Shown: piece by piece, positions 9,205 to 19,161 of the stretch
How the letters are laid out: every line of letters starts with the position of its first letter
Position numbering within the stretch: position 1 is the first letter of the stretch
Assembly: GCA_049616955.1 (NCBI GenBank)
Contig: JBMZIJ010000009.1
Location: 348-64,347 of the forward strand
Length of the DNA: 64,000 nucleotides
Direction: 5' to 3'
Source of the DNA: Candidatus Poseidoniaceae archaeon
GTDB lineage: Archaea > Thermoplasmatota > Poseidoniia > Poseidoniales > Poseidoniaceae
The notes under the pieces: generated by a model
What the model saw: only the letters and a program-made list of their open reading frames with translations
The model's database searches: none
What the model was told of the DNA's origin: nothing
Program-made: the position numbers and the translations under genes

Positions 9205-9648
9205 ATGCCGAAGAAATCAAACAAGGTTGACCTTCCAGATTGGGCTATTGGATTGTGGAATGACCTTGGTTCTCCTTCTCTTGAGAAACTTCAAGGAGTC
9301 CATAATGGAGATTTGCTGGAACGACGAAATGGACTTCGTCGTGACGATCTCGTTGAGATTCTCATCGATGCTCGTGCTTTGCTACCCGACACCGACCCAT
9401 GGGTTCGTGGACGATTGATTTCATCTGGAAAGACAAGTCTCGAAATTCTTGATGGTGATGGCGTACAACGATTCATTGCAAGGGATACCATCGTTCAAAT
9501 CGTCTTGATTGCACACACACGTCCTGCGTACATCGATGACAAAGAACTCCTTGCCTTTGAACGTGAAGATATGAAGCGACGATCAACGCTGCATGAGAAG
9601 GTTGAGAAAGAAACCACCGGCAACGATGACGCACATCTTTGGGGATGA
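9205..9648 (+). CDS. Hypothetical protein
   Basis: This is a 147-aa ORF with an ATG start and no competing ORF. The next gene starts 5 nt after its stop. No motif was recognised. Confidence 0.5.
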   Translation: MPKKSNKVDLPDWAIGLWNDLGSPSLEKLQGVHNGDLLERRNGLRRDDLVEILIDARALLPDTDPWVRGRLISSGKTSLEILDGDGVQRFIARDTIVQIVLIAHTRPAYIDDKELLAFEREDMKRRSTLHEKVEKETTGNDDAHLWG

Positions 9649-9652
9649 AGGT

Positions 9653-9898
9653 ATGAATGTCCCTGAAGGATGGTCAATCCAAGAAAACCATCTGATGCGG
9701 GAATTCTCCTTTGAGGACTTTTCACAGGCAAAAGCGTTTGTCGACGCGATTAGTGATGTTTGTGAACGCAAAAATCATCATGCAGATTTGCATTTTGGCT
9801 GGGGATATGTTGTTGTTGAACTCACAACGCATGACGAAGGAAAAGTGACATCCCTCGATATCGATGTTGCAGAAGCCATCAATGCCATTGAGGGATGA
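9653..9898 (+). CDS. Pterin-4-alpha-carbinolamine dehydratase (PCD/DCoH)
   Basis: The pattern GW.......L.REF.F.DF..A..FV..I......NHHAD......V.V.L.THD is typical of PCD. ATG 9653 is preferred over the overlapping longer ORF from 9593. Confidence 0.85.
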   Translation: MNVPEGWSIQENHLMREFSFEDFSQAKAFVDAISDVCERKNHHADLHFGWGYVVVELTTHDEGKVTSLDIDVAEAINAIEG

Positions 9899-10242
9899 TC
9901 ATGCCAAGCGACCCAAAAGGCCGTGATGCTCCAGGCTATCACCGTCATGTGTTCATTTGCGGTCACGAGCGTCCTGAGGGTGCAGCACGCCCATCATGCA
10001 AAAACAGGGGGAGCCTAGAATTGCTCGCAAGCATCAAAGCTGCAGCCCGTGAAGAACAACTCTCCAACATTCGGATTCAGAAATCAGGATGTTTAGATTT
10101 CTGTGAAAATGGGATTGCTTGTGTTGTTTATCCAGAATCAATATGGTATCGATTGAACACTGAAATTGACATCAATTCCATGATTCAACACCTCAAAGAT
10201 GGAACGATTGATTCCACGTTGGTGATGGAATTCGAGAATTGA
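9895..10242 (+). CDS. Thioredoxin-like [2Fe-2S] ferredoxin domain protein
   Basis: It matches the pattern HVFICGHER......C..RGS ... GCLDFCENG..CVVYPE..WY. Confidence 0.75.
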   Translation: MIMPSDPKGRDAPGYHRHVFICGHERPEGAARPSCKNRGSLELLASIKAAAREEQLSNIRIQKSGCLDFCENGIACVVYPESIWYRLNTEIDINSMIQHLKDGTIDSTLVMEFEN

Positions 10243-10653
10243 TCACAACTTGACTGGTCGAGTTGCACCACACGCTTGACACTTGAGCAGCGTCGTACGA
10301 TCTTCTTTGATGAAGTGTGTATCCGGTGCAGAACATTGACTGCACTTGATGTAGGTGTTAACATAGCCAACAATGGCTTTTTTCAGACGCTTTGGTGGAA
10401 TTCGTCCTTTGAAGCGTGCGCGGGGACCATCACGGGAGCCAGAGGTACCCAACTCATTCAGGATGTATTGGTAGACGTGATTATCATCACGATCCATCAT
10501 TCCAACAACTTCAGTGAAGTTACGAAGAATGGTGTTGGAACCTTCAATCATGATTTGAGGTTCTGGCAATCGCCATCGAGCACGAGATGAAATATCCTCT
10601 GGGATATTGTCACGTGCTCGGTTCAGCAACGTCTCGTAATCAAAGTCGGTCAT
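10243..10653 (-). CDS. eif2b: Translation initiation factor aIF2 subunit beta
   Basis: It has YE.LL.RA and a C-terminal Zn ribbon (CSQCSAPDT......LKCQACGA). ATG 10653 gives the typical length of about 136 aa and leaves a 91-nt divergent spacer. The longer ORF reaches 10725. Confidence 0.9.
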   Translation of the reverse strand: MTDFDYETLLNRARDNIPEDISSRARWRLPEPQIMIEGSNTILRNFTEVVGMMDRDDNHVYQYILNELGTSGSRDGPRARFKGRIPPKRLKKAIVGYVNTYIKCSQCSAPDTHFIKEDRTTLLKCQACGATRPVKL

Positions 10654-10744
10654 GATGACGCCTGACACCCCTTTCTCTTCAAGTCTTTGATGAAAAATAT
10701 GCAAAGCCTTCATGGAGGTAAGCATGTTCGCTTAACACGATAAC

Positions 10745-11323
10745 ATGACGCTGAGTATTGAAGAGTTGAAAACCATCGCCAAGAATTTGCGGAAGGATGG
10801 ACTCAATTCGCAACAAATTGCGGATGAATTGTCCCTCTCTCAAGACACCATCCAATGGCTTCTTACCGATTCAACTTCGGAGCGCCCAACAGACGTTCGT
10901 GTCGGATGGCGGACGATCGGCGTTCGACCTGCTCGTATTACTGCAATCGGTGACATCATGGCGGACGTGGTCATGGAAGAAGTCGAAGAAGTGGATACGA
11001 TTGTTGGAATTTCGATCAATGGAATCGCCTTTGCTCATGAAGTGGCTCAGGCTCTCGATGTAGAGGTTGCGATTCATCGAAACGTCGATGGAGAACCGGG
11101 AGCGGGCGCACTATCAAACAAATACGGCCAAGTTGGTGGCGGAAAGAAAGTGGTCATCATCGATGACGTATTGTCCAGTGGCGTAACAATGAGCCACACC
11201 ATTGCGGCGATTCGCGCATCAGGTGGTGACGTGGCACTTGCACTTGTTCTTGTCAACAAGACCGTGCGAAATGAAGTGGACGACGTTCCACTACGAGGCT
11301 TGATTCGTGCCGTACCTGTCTGA
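10745..11323 (+). CDS. Orotate phosphoribosyltransferase-like protein with an N-terminal HTH (GfcR/PyrE-like family)
   Basis: The HTH-like segment is SQQIADELSLSQDTIQWLL. The PRPP-binding loop is VVIIDDVLSSGVTM. Confidence 0.75.
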   Translation: MTLSIEELKTIAKNLRKDGLNSQQIADELSLSQDTIQWLLTDSTSERPTDVRVGWRTIGVRPARITAIGDIMADVVMEEVEEVDTIVGISINGIAFAHEVAQALDVEVAIHRNVDGEPGAGALSNKYGQVGGGKKVVIIDDVLSSGVTMSHTIAAIRASGGDVALALVLVNKTVRNEVDDVPLRGLIRAVPV

Positions 11324-11332
11324 GGTGAGTTC

Positions 11333-12925
11333 ATGCACTGGTCGGATGTTGTCGCTCAACGGCTTTCCGAGAGAGGTTCAAAGCACATCGTCTCTACAGG
11401 AATCACTCCAAGTGGAGAGTTTCACATTGGGCATCTCCGGGAAATTCTGACCGGTGACATGATCACGAAAGCTGCCAAGAAAGCAGGTCTGGACGTCGAA
11501 TTCGTCTTCATTGTGGACAGTGCCGACCCGCTACGAAAGGTCTACTCTTTCCTCGATGATTCGTATTCAAATTACATCGGCCATCAACTCAAGCAAATAC
11601 CACCTCCTGATGAGGATGGACGTCCAGATATGGAACGATTTAGCCAAGGCATATCGTACGCTGACCATTTCCTTGAACCGTTCAAACAGGCACTTCAGCA
11701 GATTGATGTCCGTCCAAGATTCATTGACAACTTCGACGCATATGCATCGGGGAAATTTGCGGAGACTGCACGTATTGCTTGCAACAATGCTGACAACATT
11801 CGAGAAATCATTGAACGCGTCTCAAGCAGGGAACTTTCTGATGATTGGTTCCCTTGGAATCCAATTGATTCGAAGGGCTCCATCGATGGAGTTCGTGTGA
11901 CTGGATGGAACGATCCAATTGTTTCATGGGTCGATTCAGAAGGCAATGAGGGTACAAGTGATGTCACGAAGGGTGAAGGAAAACTCCCTTGGCGCATCGA
12001 TTGGCCTGCAAAATGGGCTTGGATTGGCGTTACGATGGAACCCTTCGGAAAAGACCACGGGGCAGCCGGTGGCTCGTACGATACTGGAAAGGAAATTGTT
12101 GAATTGTTTGGAAGGGAAGCTCCAGTTGATTTGACGTACGAATGGATCAGTCTTCGTGGCCAGGGCGCAATGTCTTCTTCTTCTGGCAACACAATCGGTC
12201 CACTGGAAGCATTATCCCTCGTTCCACCGGAAATTCTTCGCTACCTTGTTGCATCCACGAAACCAAACAAGGCCATTGAATTTGATACAGGAATGGGATT
12301 GGTGAATCTAGCAGATGAATTCGAACGAACAACTGGTCGTGACTTCTCTATAGAAATGCAGAAAGAAGGTTTGAGTCGAAGGCAAAGTGTCGCTCTCGAG
12401 GATGCGAAAACTGCACTCGATCTTTCCCTCATTTCACCTCTCGAAGAAACCTCGACGGTCACCTTCCGACACCTTGCAATGCTCGCACAGACCAAATCAA
12501 AGGATGATGATGTTTGGACGTCACTCGATCTTGGAAGCAACATTCCTCAATCGATGATTGATCGGCTCCATCGTATGCGAACCTGGATTGCTTCACGGCA
12601 TTTCCCAGATGAACTCCGTATTACAATTCTCGAAGAGCCAAACTCCGAGGCTATCGCTCTCCTCGATGACGATAACGTTGCCATACTTCCGAACCTTATC
12701 GAAAATCTGGCTGCTTGTGATTGGGTCGCTTCGTCAATCCAATCCTCAATCTCAGATGCTGCGAAATCACTCGATATGTCACCTCGGCATGCTTACCGTG
12801 CGCTCTATCTTTGCATCATGGGAACCGAAAGAGGGCCGAGATTGCCGACCATTCTGACAGAACTGGAACAAAGCTCAATTGTCAACCTACTGAACGCGTG
12901 TCTTCAATCCAAGAAAGAATCTTGA
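11333..12925 (+). CDS. lysK: Lysine--tRNA ligase, class I
   Basis: It has the HIGH motif TGITPSGEFHIGHLRE and an MSSSSGN (KMSKS-like) motif. The length of 530 aa fits the archaeal class I enzyme. Confidence 0.92.
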   Translation: MHWSDVVAQRLSERGSKHIVSTGITPSGEFHIGHLREILTGDMITKAAKKAGLDVEFVFIVDSADPLRKVYSFLDDSYSNYIGHQLKQIPPPDEDGRPDMERFSQGISYADHFLEPFKQALQQIDVRPRFIDNFDAYASGKFAETARIACNNADNIREIIERVSSRELSDDWFPWNPIDSKGSIDGVRVTGWNDPIVSWVDSEGNEGTSDVTKGEGKLPWRIDWPAKWAWIGVTMEPFGKDHGAAGGSYDTGKEIVELFGREAPVDLTYEWISLRGQGAMSSSSGNTIGPLEALSLVPPEILRYLVASTKPNKAIEFDTGMGLVNLADEFERTTGRDFSIEMQKEGLSRRQSVALEDAKTALDLSLISPLEETSTVTFRHLAMLAQTKSKDDDVWTSLDLGSNIPQSMIDRLHRMRTWIASRHFPDELRITILEEPNSEAIALLDDDNVAILPNLIENLAACDWVASSIQSSISDAAKSLDMSPRHAYRALYLCIMGTERGPRLPTILTELEQSSIVNLLNACLQSKKES

Positions 12926-12980
12926 CATTAGCATCCGCTTTACCCTAAGAGTTGAAAAGAGGTTGAGCCATCTCGATAAC

Positions 12981-14192
12981 ATGGCAGGGGTATTTTGCCC
13001 AACGTGCGAGGCAGGAGTTGAGGCAGCAGCAAAGTTCTGTCTCTCTTGTGGCCATGACTTGACGGTTCAAGGCCCAATTACTTCGACAGGGCACGACCTC
13101 AACCAAATCAAGGAAGTCATTCGGCATCGTGAAGATCTTTCAATGGCCGAAAAATTCGATATGATTGCGCGTGTTGAAGAGGGTGCAAACCCAATCTCAA
13201 TGGGGATAGCAGCGGCTGCAGATGATGGAGAACATTTCGATATCGGACAAGCTTTCGATGGGGCTGGGGAAGAAATCTCGCCCTTGAAGAAGCACGAATT
13301 CGGTCAATCTCCAGCCGCAAACGCTGCAGTGCGTGCGGTGGTACGCGGGACAACCGGTTGGGATATGATCCAAGCTGGAACCCTTGACATGTCAGAGGGC
13401 ATGTTCCGTGATGCAATGAATCATGGAATGGATGCATCGACTCACATTCACGATGTTGCAAGTGGTGAACACGAAGGAATTGACCCAGAAGCAATGCGAG
13501 CAATCCCTGTATTGAAACCACCAAAGCGAAGTTTCTGCCCAAAGTGTGGTTCTGACATCCACAACAACACCATGTTGCAGTGGCGAAAATGGCGAGAATC
13601 TTCCTCAGATGTCGTTTCAATGCAGATGGAAGCAGCGATGGAAACTGCGCTAATCGAAGTAGCCAGCCATTATGTCAACGTCATTCAAGCCCTGAAGGAT
13701 GAACGTGATGATGCTGTCGCCCGGGCTGCAAAAGCAGCAGCCGATGGAAACGAGGATGCACTACGAGAGAAACTCGAATCTGAGATTCGGGCAGAACTTG
13801 AGAAGGAATTCAAGGCTGATGGAAAAACATCCTCAACAAAAAAGACTGAAACCAAAGCGAAGTCTCAACCAAAGAAAACAGAATCCAAGGCAAAAAGTAA
13901 GCCAAAATCGGGCGGCCTCTTTGGCGCAAAACGACCAAAGAAGACCTACGAAGGAGAACCAGGTGGTAAAGCAGATTGGTTCCTTGCAGAGGCTCTGGAT
14001 ACGGTGTACGACCCGCACGGCACCGGAAAGGCTGTGAAGGCAGCGACGATTCTAGCCAGATCTTCTGATGGCAACGTTCGCGTACGAGATGTCGTCCGGG
14101 CGTATGCGCTTCAAGGACGTGATGGAATCAGCGAATTGGCCTGGACGAGTCCTATCACAGAGTATCTGATTGAAGCATTCGATGCTTGCTGA
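12981..14192 (+). CDS. Hypothetical double zinc-ribbon protein with a lysine-rich repeat
   Basis: It contains CPTC....(9)..CLSC and CPKCGSD, and the tandem peptide KKTETKAKSQPKKTESKAKSKPK. ATG 12981 is preferred over TTG 12963. Confidence 0.5.
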   Translation: MAGVFCPTCEAGVEAAAKFCLSCGHDLTVQGPITSTGHDLNQIKEVIRHREDLSMAEKFDMIARVEEGANPISMGIAAAADDGEHFDIGQAFDGAGEEISPLKKHEFGQSPAANAAVRAVVRGTTGWDMIQAGTLDMSEGMFRDAMNHGMDASTHIHDVASGEHEGIDPEAMRAIPVLKPPKRSFCPKCGSDIHNNTMLQWRKWRESSSDVVSMQMEAAMETALIEVASHYVNVIQALKDERDDAVARAAKAAADGNEDALREKLESEIRAELEKEFKADGKTSSTKKTETKAKSQPKKTESKAKSKPKSGGLFGAKRPKKTYEGEPGGKADWFLAEALDTVYDPHGTGKAVKAATILARSSDGNVRVRDVVRAYALQGRDGISELAWTSPITEYLIEAFDAC

Positions 14193-14193
14193 A

Positions 14194-15018
14194 TCAAAGT
14201 AATTTTGATGTTAAGTCAAGTACGTATCTTACGCCAATAACCAACAGAACTGCGACAAAGAGTTGCATAATCCGTTGTTCGGAGACTTTAGCGATGCCAA
14301 ATCGAGCACCCAGGTTTGCTGCAACGATGACGACCATTGGTAAGGTAAAAATCAACAAAAGATGTGATTCTAGGACGTCTCGTTGTGTTGAATCGAGCGC
14401 AACAAAGTGTGTCATGACGGAGATAGGAAGAACAACCATCATGATGTGCAGACTTGTTCCAATGGCTCTTCTTGATTCCAATCCCCCATAGGCGCGCAAT
14501 ACTGGAACATAGATTGCGCCGGCTCCAATTGCCAAAACCGATGATAACAAGCCACCAGAAGCGACGCCTGCCCGCAACGGCAACATGTTTGGCTCCTTCT
14601 CGCCAGAGGTTTGAGATGGCTTAGAACGGAGTGTTTTGATGATTGCCCAAGTCACAAAAACAAGACTCAGCGACTTGAAAATTACATCAAAGGATCCACT
14701 GAGAGAAGCAACAATGATGACGCCGATAATCGCACCGGGAAGTGCTCCAACGAGACTTTGTTTGAATCGTTCATCCGAAACATGCCCTTCTTTTCGATGT
14801 CGTAAACCTGAGCCCCATGAGACGGTTGCAGACAGACCTAACGAAACGATGAGCAACGCACCGTCGATGTCCCAACCCAAACCATAGTGAAGCAACGGTG
14901 CAAAAAGAAGTCCGCCGCCTAAGCCAAGTGGGGCGAAGAGAAAGCCGATGAAACCACTACCAAGGAGAACCAAAGCAACGGTGACGACGTCCATGCGTAT
15001 GCCATGTGAACGCAGCAT
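14194..15018 (-). CDS. TauE/SafE-family anion exporter membrane protein
   Basis: It is a multi-pass hydrophobic protein with GLGGGLLFAPLL and a repeated half-domain, as in TauE. Confidence 0.8.
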   Translation of the reverse strand: MLRSHGIRMDVVTVALVLLGSGFIGFLFAPLGLGGGLLFAPLLHYGLGWDIDGALLIVSLGLSATVSWGSGLRHRKEGHVSDERFKQSLVGALPGAIIGVIIVASLSGSFDVIFKSLSLVFVTWAIIKTLRSKPSQTSGEKEPNMLPLRAGVASGGLLSSVLAIGAGAIYVPVLRAYGGLESRRAIGTSLHIMMVVLPISVMTHFVALDSTQRDVLESHLLLIFTLPMVVIVAANLGARFGIAKVSEQRIMQLFVAVLLVIGVRYVLDLTSKLL

Positions 15019-15077
15019 ATCATATCAACGCTGTTTGTGGTATACATTCAAATAGGGACTCAACTCGAGTAGTTTCT

Positions 15078-15650
15078 ATGGACGGTCTTACAATTGCACT
15101 TATTGTTGGTGGATTTATTTTCCTGATTTTCGTAATTTGGTTCTTTAGCACGTGGAACCGCCTCGTGCGCCTTGAAGAAAACGCCAACAAATCTTGGGCG
15201 GACATCGATGTCTTGTTGAAGCAACGTTATGACATGATTCCGAACCTTGTCAACATCGTGAAAGGATACGCTGAGCACGAGCGAGAAATCTTTGAACAGT
15301 TTGCTGTAGCTCGACAGGCCGCTGCAGGAGCTCTTGCCCAAGGCGACGTTAAGGGTGTAGGAGCAGCAGAAGGAATCCTTGCTGGAATGCTGCCACGAAT
15401 CAACATGGTTGCCGAACAATATCCTGACCTGAAGGCAGATACATCTTTTGTCAACTTGCAGAAGGAACTGGTTTCACTCGAGAACCAACTCGCTGATCGT
15501 CGCGAGTTCTACAATGCTTCCTCAACCAACTTCAACACAGCTATTCAGATGATTCCAGCCAACTTTGTTGCTGGTATCAAGGGATGCGTTCGAAGAGAAT
15601 TGTTCGTTGTTGAAGGTGTTCAAAGAGAGAACGTGCAGATTTCTTTCTGA
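15078..15650 (+). CDS. LemA family protein
   Basis: It has an N-terminal TM helix, then WNRLV.L.E....WADIDVLLKQRYD.IPNLV. ATG 15078 avoids overlap with the divergent TauE gene. Confidence 0.85.
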   Translation: MDGLTIALIVGGFIFLIFVIWFFSTWNRLVRLEENANKSWADIDVLLKQRYDMIPNLVNIVKGYAEHEREIFEQFAVARQAAAGALAQGDVKGVGAAEGILAGMLPRINMVAEQYPDLKADTSFVNLQKELVSLENQLADRREFYNASSTNFNTAIQMIPANFVAGIKGCVRRELFVVEGVQRENVQISF

Positions 15651-15700
15651 ATACGAACATTCAAGTTTGAACCCCAACATTACAAATTGAGGAGCATCCA

Positions 15701-17110
15701 ATGTTCTTGGTGATAGGCCACAGCCCGGTTGCTGTTCAAGTAGCACAATGGTGCTCCGAGCGAAGACCTACACGACTCATTGGTCTTGCCTCAATGCTCG
15801 AAATCAGTGAAGAGATAGGAAGCTGTGAAATCTTACCATTACCTCAGGCTATGTCTGTATCCGACCTGCCCGATGGAGGACAAAAACCAACAGCCGTTAT
15901 ACTGGTCGATTCTGAAGTTCTAGAAGAGAAAGAATCTCTACTTTCCCTACGTGAACGGTGGCCTGATACGCCGATTCTATGCGAAAAAACGGCCGATGGA
16001 AACATCGATTCTGTTGATAAAATCGATGCACAAGACATCATCACGGCTGCTTACAAGGAGAAAGTCCGAGCATGGGAACGACATGCTGGAGCAACCGTTC
16101 TGGAATCCTATATCCGACATCTTCCTGCGAATTCAAAGGTTGCAATCTTCTGTCATGATAACCCCGATCCAGATGCGCTCTCGTCTGCTTTAGCCATGCA
16201 TGAACTTGTGACCTTTCTAGGCCATCAACCTACCATATACCACGGTGGCTTGATCGAGCATCAACAAAATCAAGCCATGGTTCGACTTTTGGAAATCCCT
16301 CTACGAAGGATTCTGCTTGACTGGGAATTGGAAGATGTCCTCAATGAGGCAGAATGCGTCATTACTGTGGATTTCCATCAACCAGGCGCCAACAACATTC
16401 TTCCTGTGGATTGTGTGCCTCATATCATCATCGATCATCACGCTTCAGACAAAGCTGTTTCAGCGGATGTTGCCTTCCTGAGACCAGAATACTCTGCAAC
16501 ATCCTCACTCATTGCTAACCTGCTGATGAACATGAGTTTGGAGATGACGCCACGATTGGCGACAGCCCTTTCCTTTGGATTACGGACCGATACCCTTTCA
16601 TTCACTCGTTCATTCAATCAAGTGGATCTTCGAGCCCTGATGTGGTTGAACACATGGGTTGACGATGACCTCCTTCAATCCATTCAAGCGCCACTACGAA
16701 CGCCTGAAACCTTGGCTTCGTTTCGACAAGCCCTTGCAACAATGGAGCAACACGATGGTCTCGTTCTAGCCCCAATTAGGACTCTCGTTCATCGAGATGA
16801 TCTCGCCCAAGTTGCAGACTTCTTGTTTGCAACCTCAGACACAGATCTTGTCATCGTCTATGGAATACAACGACAAAAGATGCTCTTGTCTGCACGAAGT
16901 CGACGAGAACATCTCCACATAGGACTGACACTTTCCAAAGAGTTCCCAGATGGACAGGCAGGAGGACATCGAGGCATGGCTGGTGGCCAAATTCTTCTTT
17001 CCAATCTTGGTGTCGAACACACGGATGATGAGGATTCTTCTCAGGAAAGGATTCTTTCGGCATTCACAAAGCGTATGCTCAATCTGTTTGAAAGCGGTGA
17101 TGAGCAATGA
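15701..17110 (+). CDS. DHH-family phosphoesterase (DHH + DHHA1) with an N-terminal Rossmann-like domain
   Basis: Motifs are IFCHDNPDPDALSSALA, DHH (IIIDHHAS) and GGH in the C-terminal DHHA1-like part. Confidence 0.75.
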   Translation: MFLVIGHSPVAVQVAQWCSERRPTRLIGLASMLEISEEIGSCEILPLPQAMSVSDLPDGGQKPTAVILVDSEVLEEKESLLSLRERWPDTPILCEKTADGNIDSVDKIDAQDIITAAYKEKVRAWERHAGATVLESYIRHLPANSKVAIFCHDNPDPDALSSALAMHELVTFLGHQPTIYHGGLIEHQQNQAMVRLLEIPLRRILLDWELEDVLNEAECVITVDFHQPGANNILPVDCVPHIIIDHHASDKAVSADVAFLRPEYSATSSLIANLLMNMSLEMTPRLATALSFGLRTDTLSFTRSFNQVDLRALMWLNTWVDDDLLQSIQAPLRTPETLASFRQALATMEQHDGLVLAPIRTLVHRDDLAQVADFLFATSDTDLVIVYGIQRQKMLLSARSRREHLHIGLTLSKEFPDGQAGGHRGMAGGQILLSNLGVEHTDDEDSSQERILSAFTKRMLNLFESGDEQ

Positions 17111-18276
17111 GTGGTTCTTCTCCTTACATCGACATTTCGCCAACGTTACGCTTGTTGGGCACTGCCCACGTTGCAACCGCTTCTGTCGAAGCCGTTCGGG
17201 AGCAAATTGAGAGTTATCAACCAAAAGTCGTCGGTGTCGAATTATGTCAAACCAGGCATGATGCACTTGTCGAAGGACGCCGACTTGACAAAGAAGGTCT
17301 CCGGCGGGTCATCAAAGAAGGCAAGGCTCCGATGGTACTTATCCAAGCCATGTTGAGTGCGGAACAACGTCGTTTGGGACTCAATGAAGGCCAAGAGCCC
17401 GGAGCGGAACTGTTGGCGGCCGTTGAAACAGCCAAAACTGCAGGACTTGAAGTCGCATTGGTCGATCGTGACATCCAAGTGACGATGCGTCGAGCGTGGA
17501 GGAAAATGAAATGGAGAGAACGGTTTCGATTACTTTTTTCCCTTTTTGGGGATGATGAGGAACTCGAAGAGGATTTTGACCTCGATGAATTGCTCTCCGA
17601 TTCAGATTTACTCTCAACCATGATGGAAGATCTCAAAGAATTCTCACCAGGGGCAGGAGAGGCACTCATCGATGAACGTGATCGGTTTATTGCCGAGAAA
17701 ATCATGCAATCAAAGACGGAAGAGAAAATGCTCGTCGTTGTTGGTGCAGGACATCTCAAAGGCATCGAGCGTGCACTCACTCCATACACACCACTACCGG
17801 CTGAAGAGTTTGAAGCGATTTCATCGGTTCCCAAAAGAGGGATTGTCGGTAAAGTCCTACCCTTTGCAATCCCGTTGATTGTGATGGGACTTGTTGGTTT
17901 TGCATTATTCAATAACGATGAAATTGATGTTGTCAAAATGCTGACGGTTTGGACACTGTTCAATGCCGCTTTTGCTGCACTCGGCTGCATTCTTGCTCGA
18001 GGCCATCCACTGGCAATCCTCACTGCTGCTCTGGCAAGTCCAATCACCTCGCTCAATCCAGCACTCGCTGCGGGATGGTTTGCTGGATACGTTCAATTAC
18101 GTATCTCTGAGCCGACCACAGAAGATTTGCAACTCTTCCTCAAGGGAACTTCCATTGGTGGATTCTGGAGCAATCGTGCTGGTCGAGTTCTCTTGGTTAC
18201 AGCTCTAACAAATCTCGGAAGCATGCTTGGTGCTTGGTTTGCTGCAGCAGGCTTCATTGGCGGCGGAATTACCTAA
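17107..18276 (+). CDS. TraB/PrgY-family protein with a C-terminal membrane domain
   Basis: It contains L.LLGTAHVS-type TLRLLGTAHVATAS and VGVELC..R, followed by four C-terminal hydrophobic segments. There is a 4-nt overlap with the DHH gene. Confidence 0.8.
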   Translation: MSGSSPYIDISPTLRLLGTAHVATASVEAVREQIESYQPKVVGVELCQTRHDALVEGRRLDKEGLRRVIKEGKAPMVLIQAMLSAEQRRLGLNEGQEPGAELLAAVETAKTAGLEVALVDRDIQVTMRRAWRKMKWRERFRLLFSLFGDDEELEEDFDLDELLSDSDLLSTMMEDLKEFSPGAGEALIDERDRFIAEKIMQSKTEEKMLVVVGAGHLKGIERALTPYTPLPAEEFEAISSVPKRGIVGKVLPFAIPLIVMGLVGFALFNNDEIDVVKMLTVWTLFNAAFAALGCILARGHPLAILTAALASPITSLNPALAAGWFAGYVQLRISEPTTEDLQLFLKGTSIGGFWSNRAGRVLLVTALTNLGSMLGAWFAAAGFIGGGIT

Positions 18277-19064
18277 TCAAGCGCCTGAAGAACGTGCAAA
18301 AGGTCTGTATGTGGTTGCACATCATGAACACGCAACCAATCAATCCCAACGTGTTTTGCATAAGCAGCTACTCCTAGTGTACCATACAATCGATCTTCAG
18401 TTGTGCTGTGTCCGGTGATCTGACCAATCATCGACTTACGAGATACACCCCAGAGGATTGCGAAATCGTGCTCTCCACGTAGCGCTTGCCACCCTTTGAG
18501 TAGGTCGATGTTGTGCTGGAGTGTTTTTCCAAAACCGATCCCAGGATCGAGGCAAATGAGACTCGCATCGTGCCCTGCTTCAACGAGTTGTTGTGCCGTG
18601 CTCAAAAGTTCAGATGAAATCTCGGCGACAACATCTGCGTATGCAGGATTCGTCTGCATTGTTTTCGGTTCTCCAAGCATGTGCATCATGCAAACCGGTG
18701 CTTCTCGTTCGAGAACTAAATCAAACATCTCTTGGGAGCGCAATCCAGACACATCGTTGATGATGTTCGCACCAGCATCCAAGGCTCGACGTGCAACTTC
18801 ATGATTTCTGGTATCGATTGAAATATGCACAGATTTTGATTCCTCGCGAAGAGCGGTAATGACTGGAAGAACTCGTTCTAGTTCTTCTTCTATAGAGACA
18901 GGCTGAGAACCTGGCCGGGTGCTTTCTCCACCAATATCAATGATTTCTGCTCCTGCTGCAATCATTCCTTTCGCATTCTGTATGCTTTGCTCAACTGTGT
19001 GTTGTCGTGATGGGCCATGAAAGGAATCAGGTGTAATATTGAGAATTCCCATAAGACCTGGCAT
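18273..19064 (-). CDS. folP: Dihydropteroate synthase
   Basis: Motifs are GILNITPDSF, DIGGESTRPG and DPGIGFGK. The start is uncertain, with ATGs at 19109, 19064 and 19052. Confidence 0.9.
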   Translation of the reverse strand: MPGLMGILNITPDSFHGPSRQHTVEQSIQNAKGMIAAGAEIIDIGGESTRPGSQPVSIEEELERVLPVITALREESKSVHISIDTRNHEVARRALDAGANIINDVSGLRSQEMFDLVLEREAPVCMMHMLGEPKTMQTNPAYADVVAEISSELLSTAQQLVEAGHDASLICLDPGIGFGKTLQHNIDLLKGWQALRGEHDFAILWGVSRKSMIGQITGHSTTEDRLYGTLGVAAYAKHVGIDWLRVHDVQPHTDLLHVLQALD

Positions 19065-19161
19065 GGAGGCATTGCGGCGGAAGGAAAAAGGTGCCAATGC
19101 ATCAGCCATGAGCAGTTCCAGTAAGGATGGATTGATAAGGCCTCATGCTCAAGCCATCTGC

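Noticed and set aside
17247-18056. A 269-aa Ser-rich ORF antisense to the TraB-family gene.
   Set aside because: Its composition is low-complexity (runs of S) and it lies entirely inside a gene with clear family motifs on the other strand. This is a typical shadow ORF.
19107-19110. Apparent overlap of divergent start codons (CATG) between folP and the downstream membrane-protein ORF.
   Set aside because: This is most likely an artefact of taking the longest ORFs. Internal ATGs (folP at 19064 or 19052, the membrane protein at 19162) give sensible N-termini and a normal divergent spacer.
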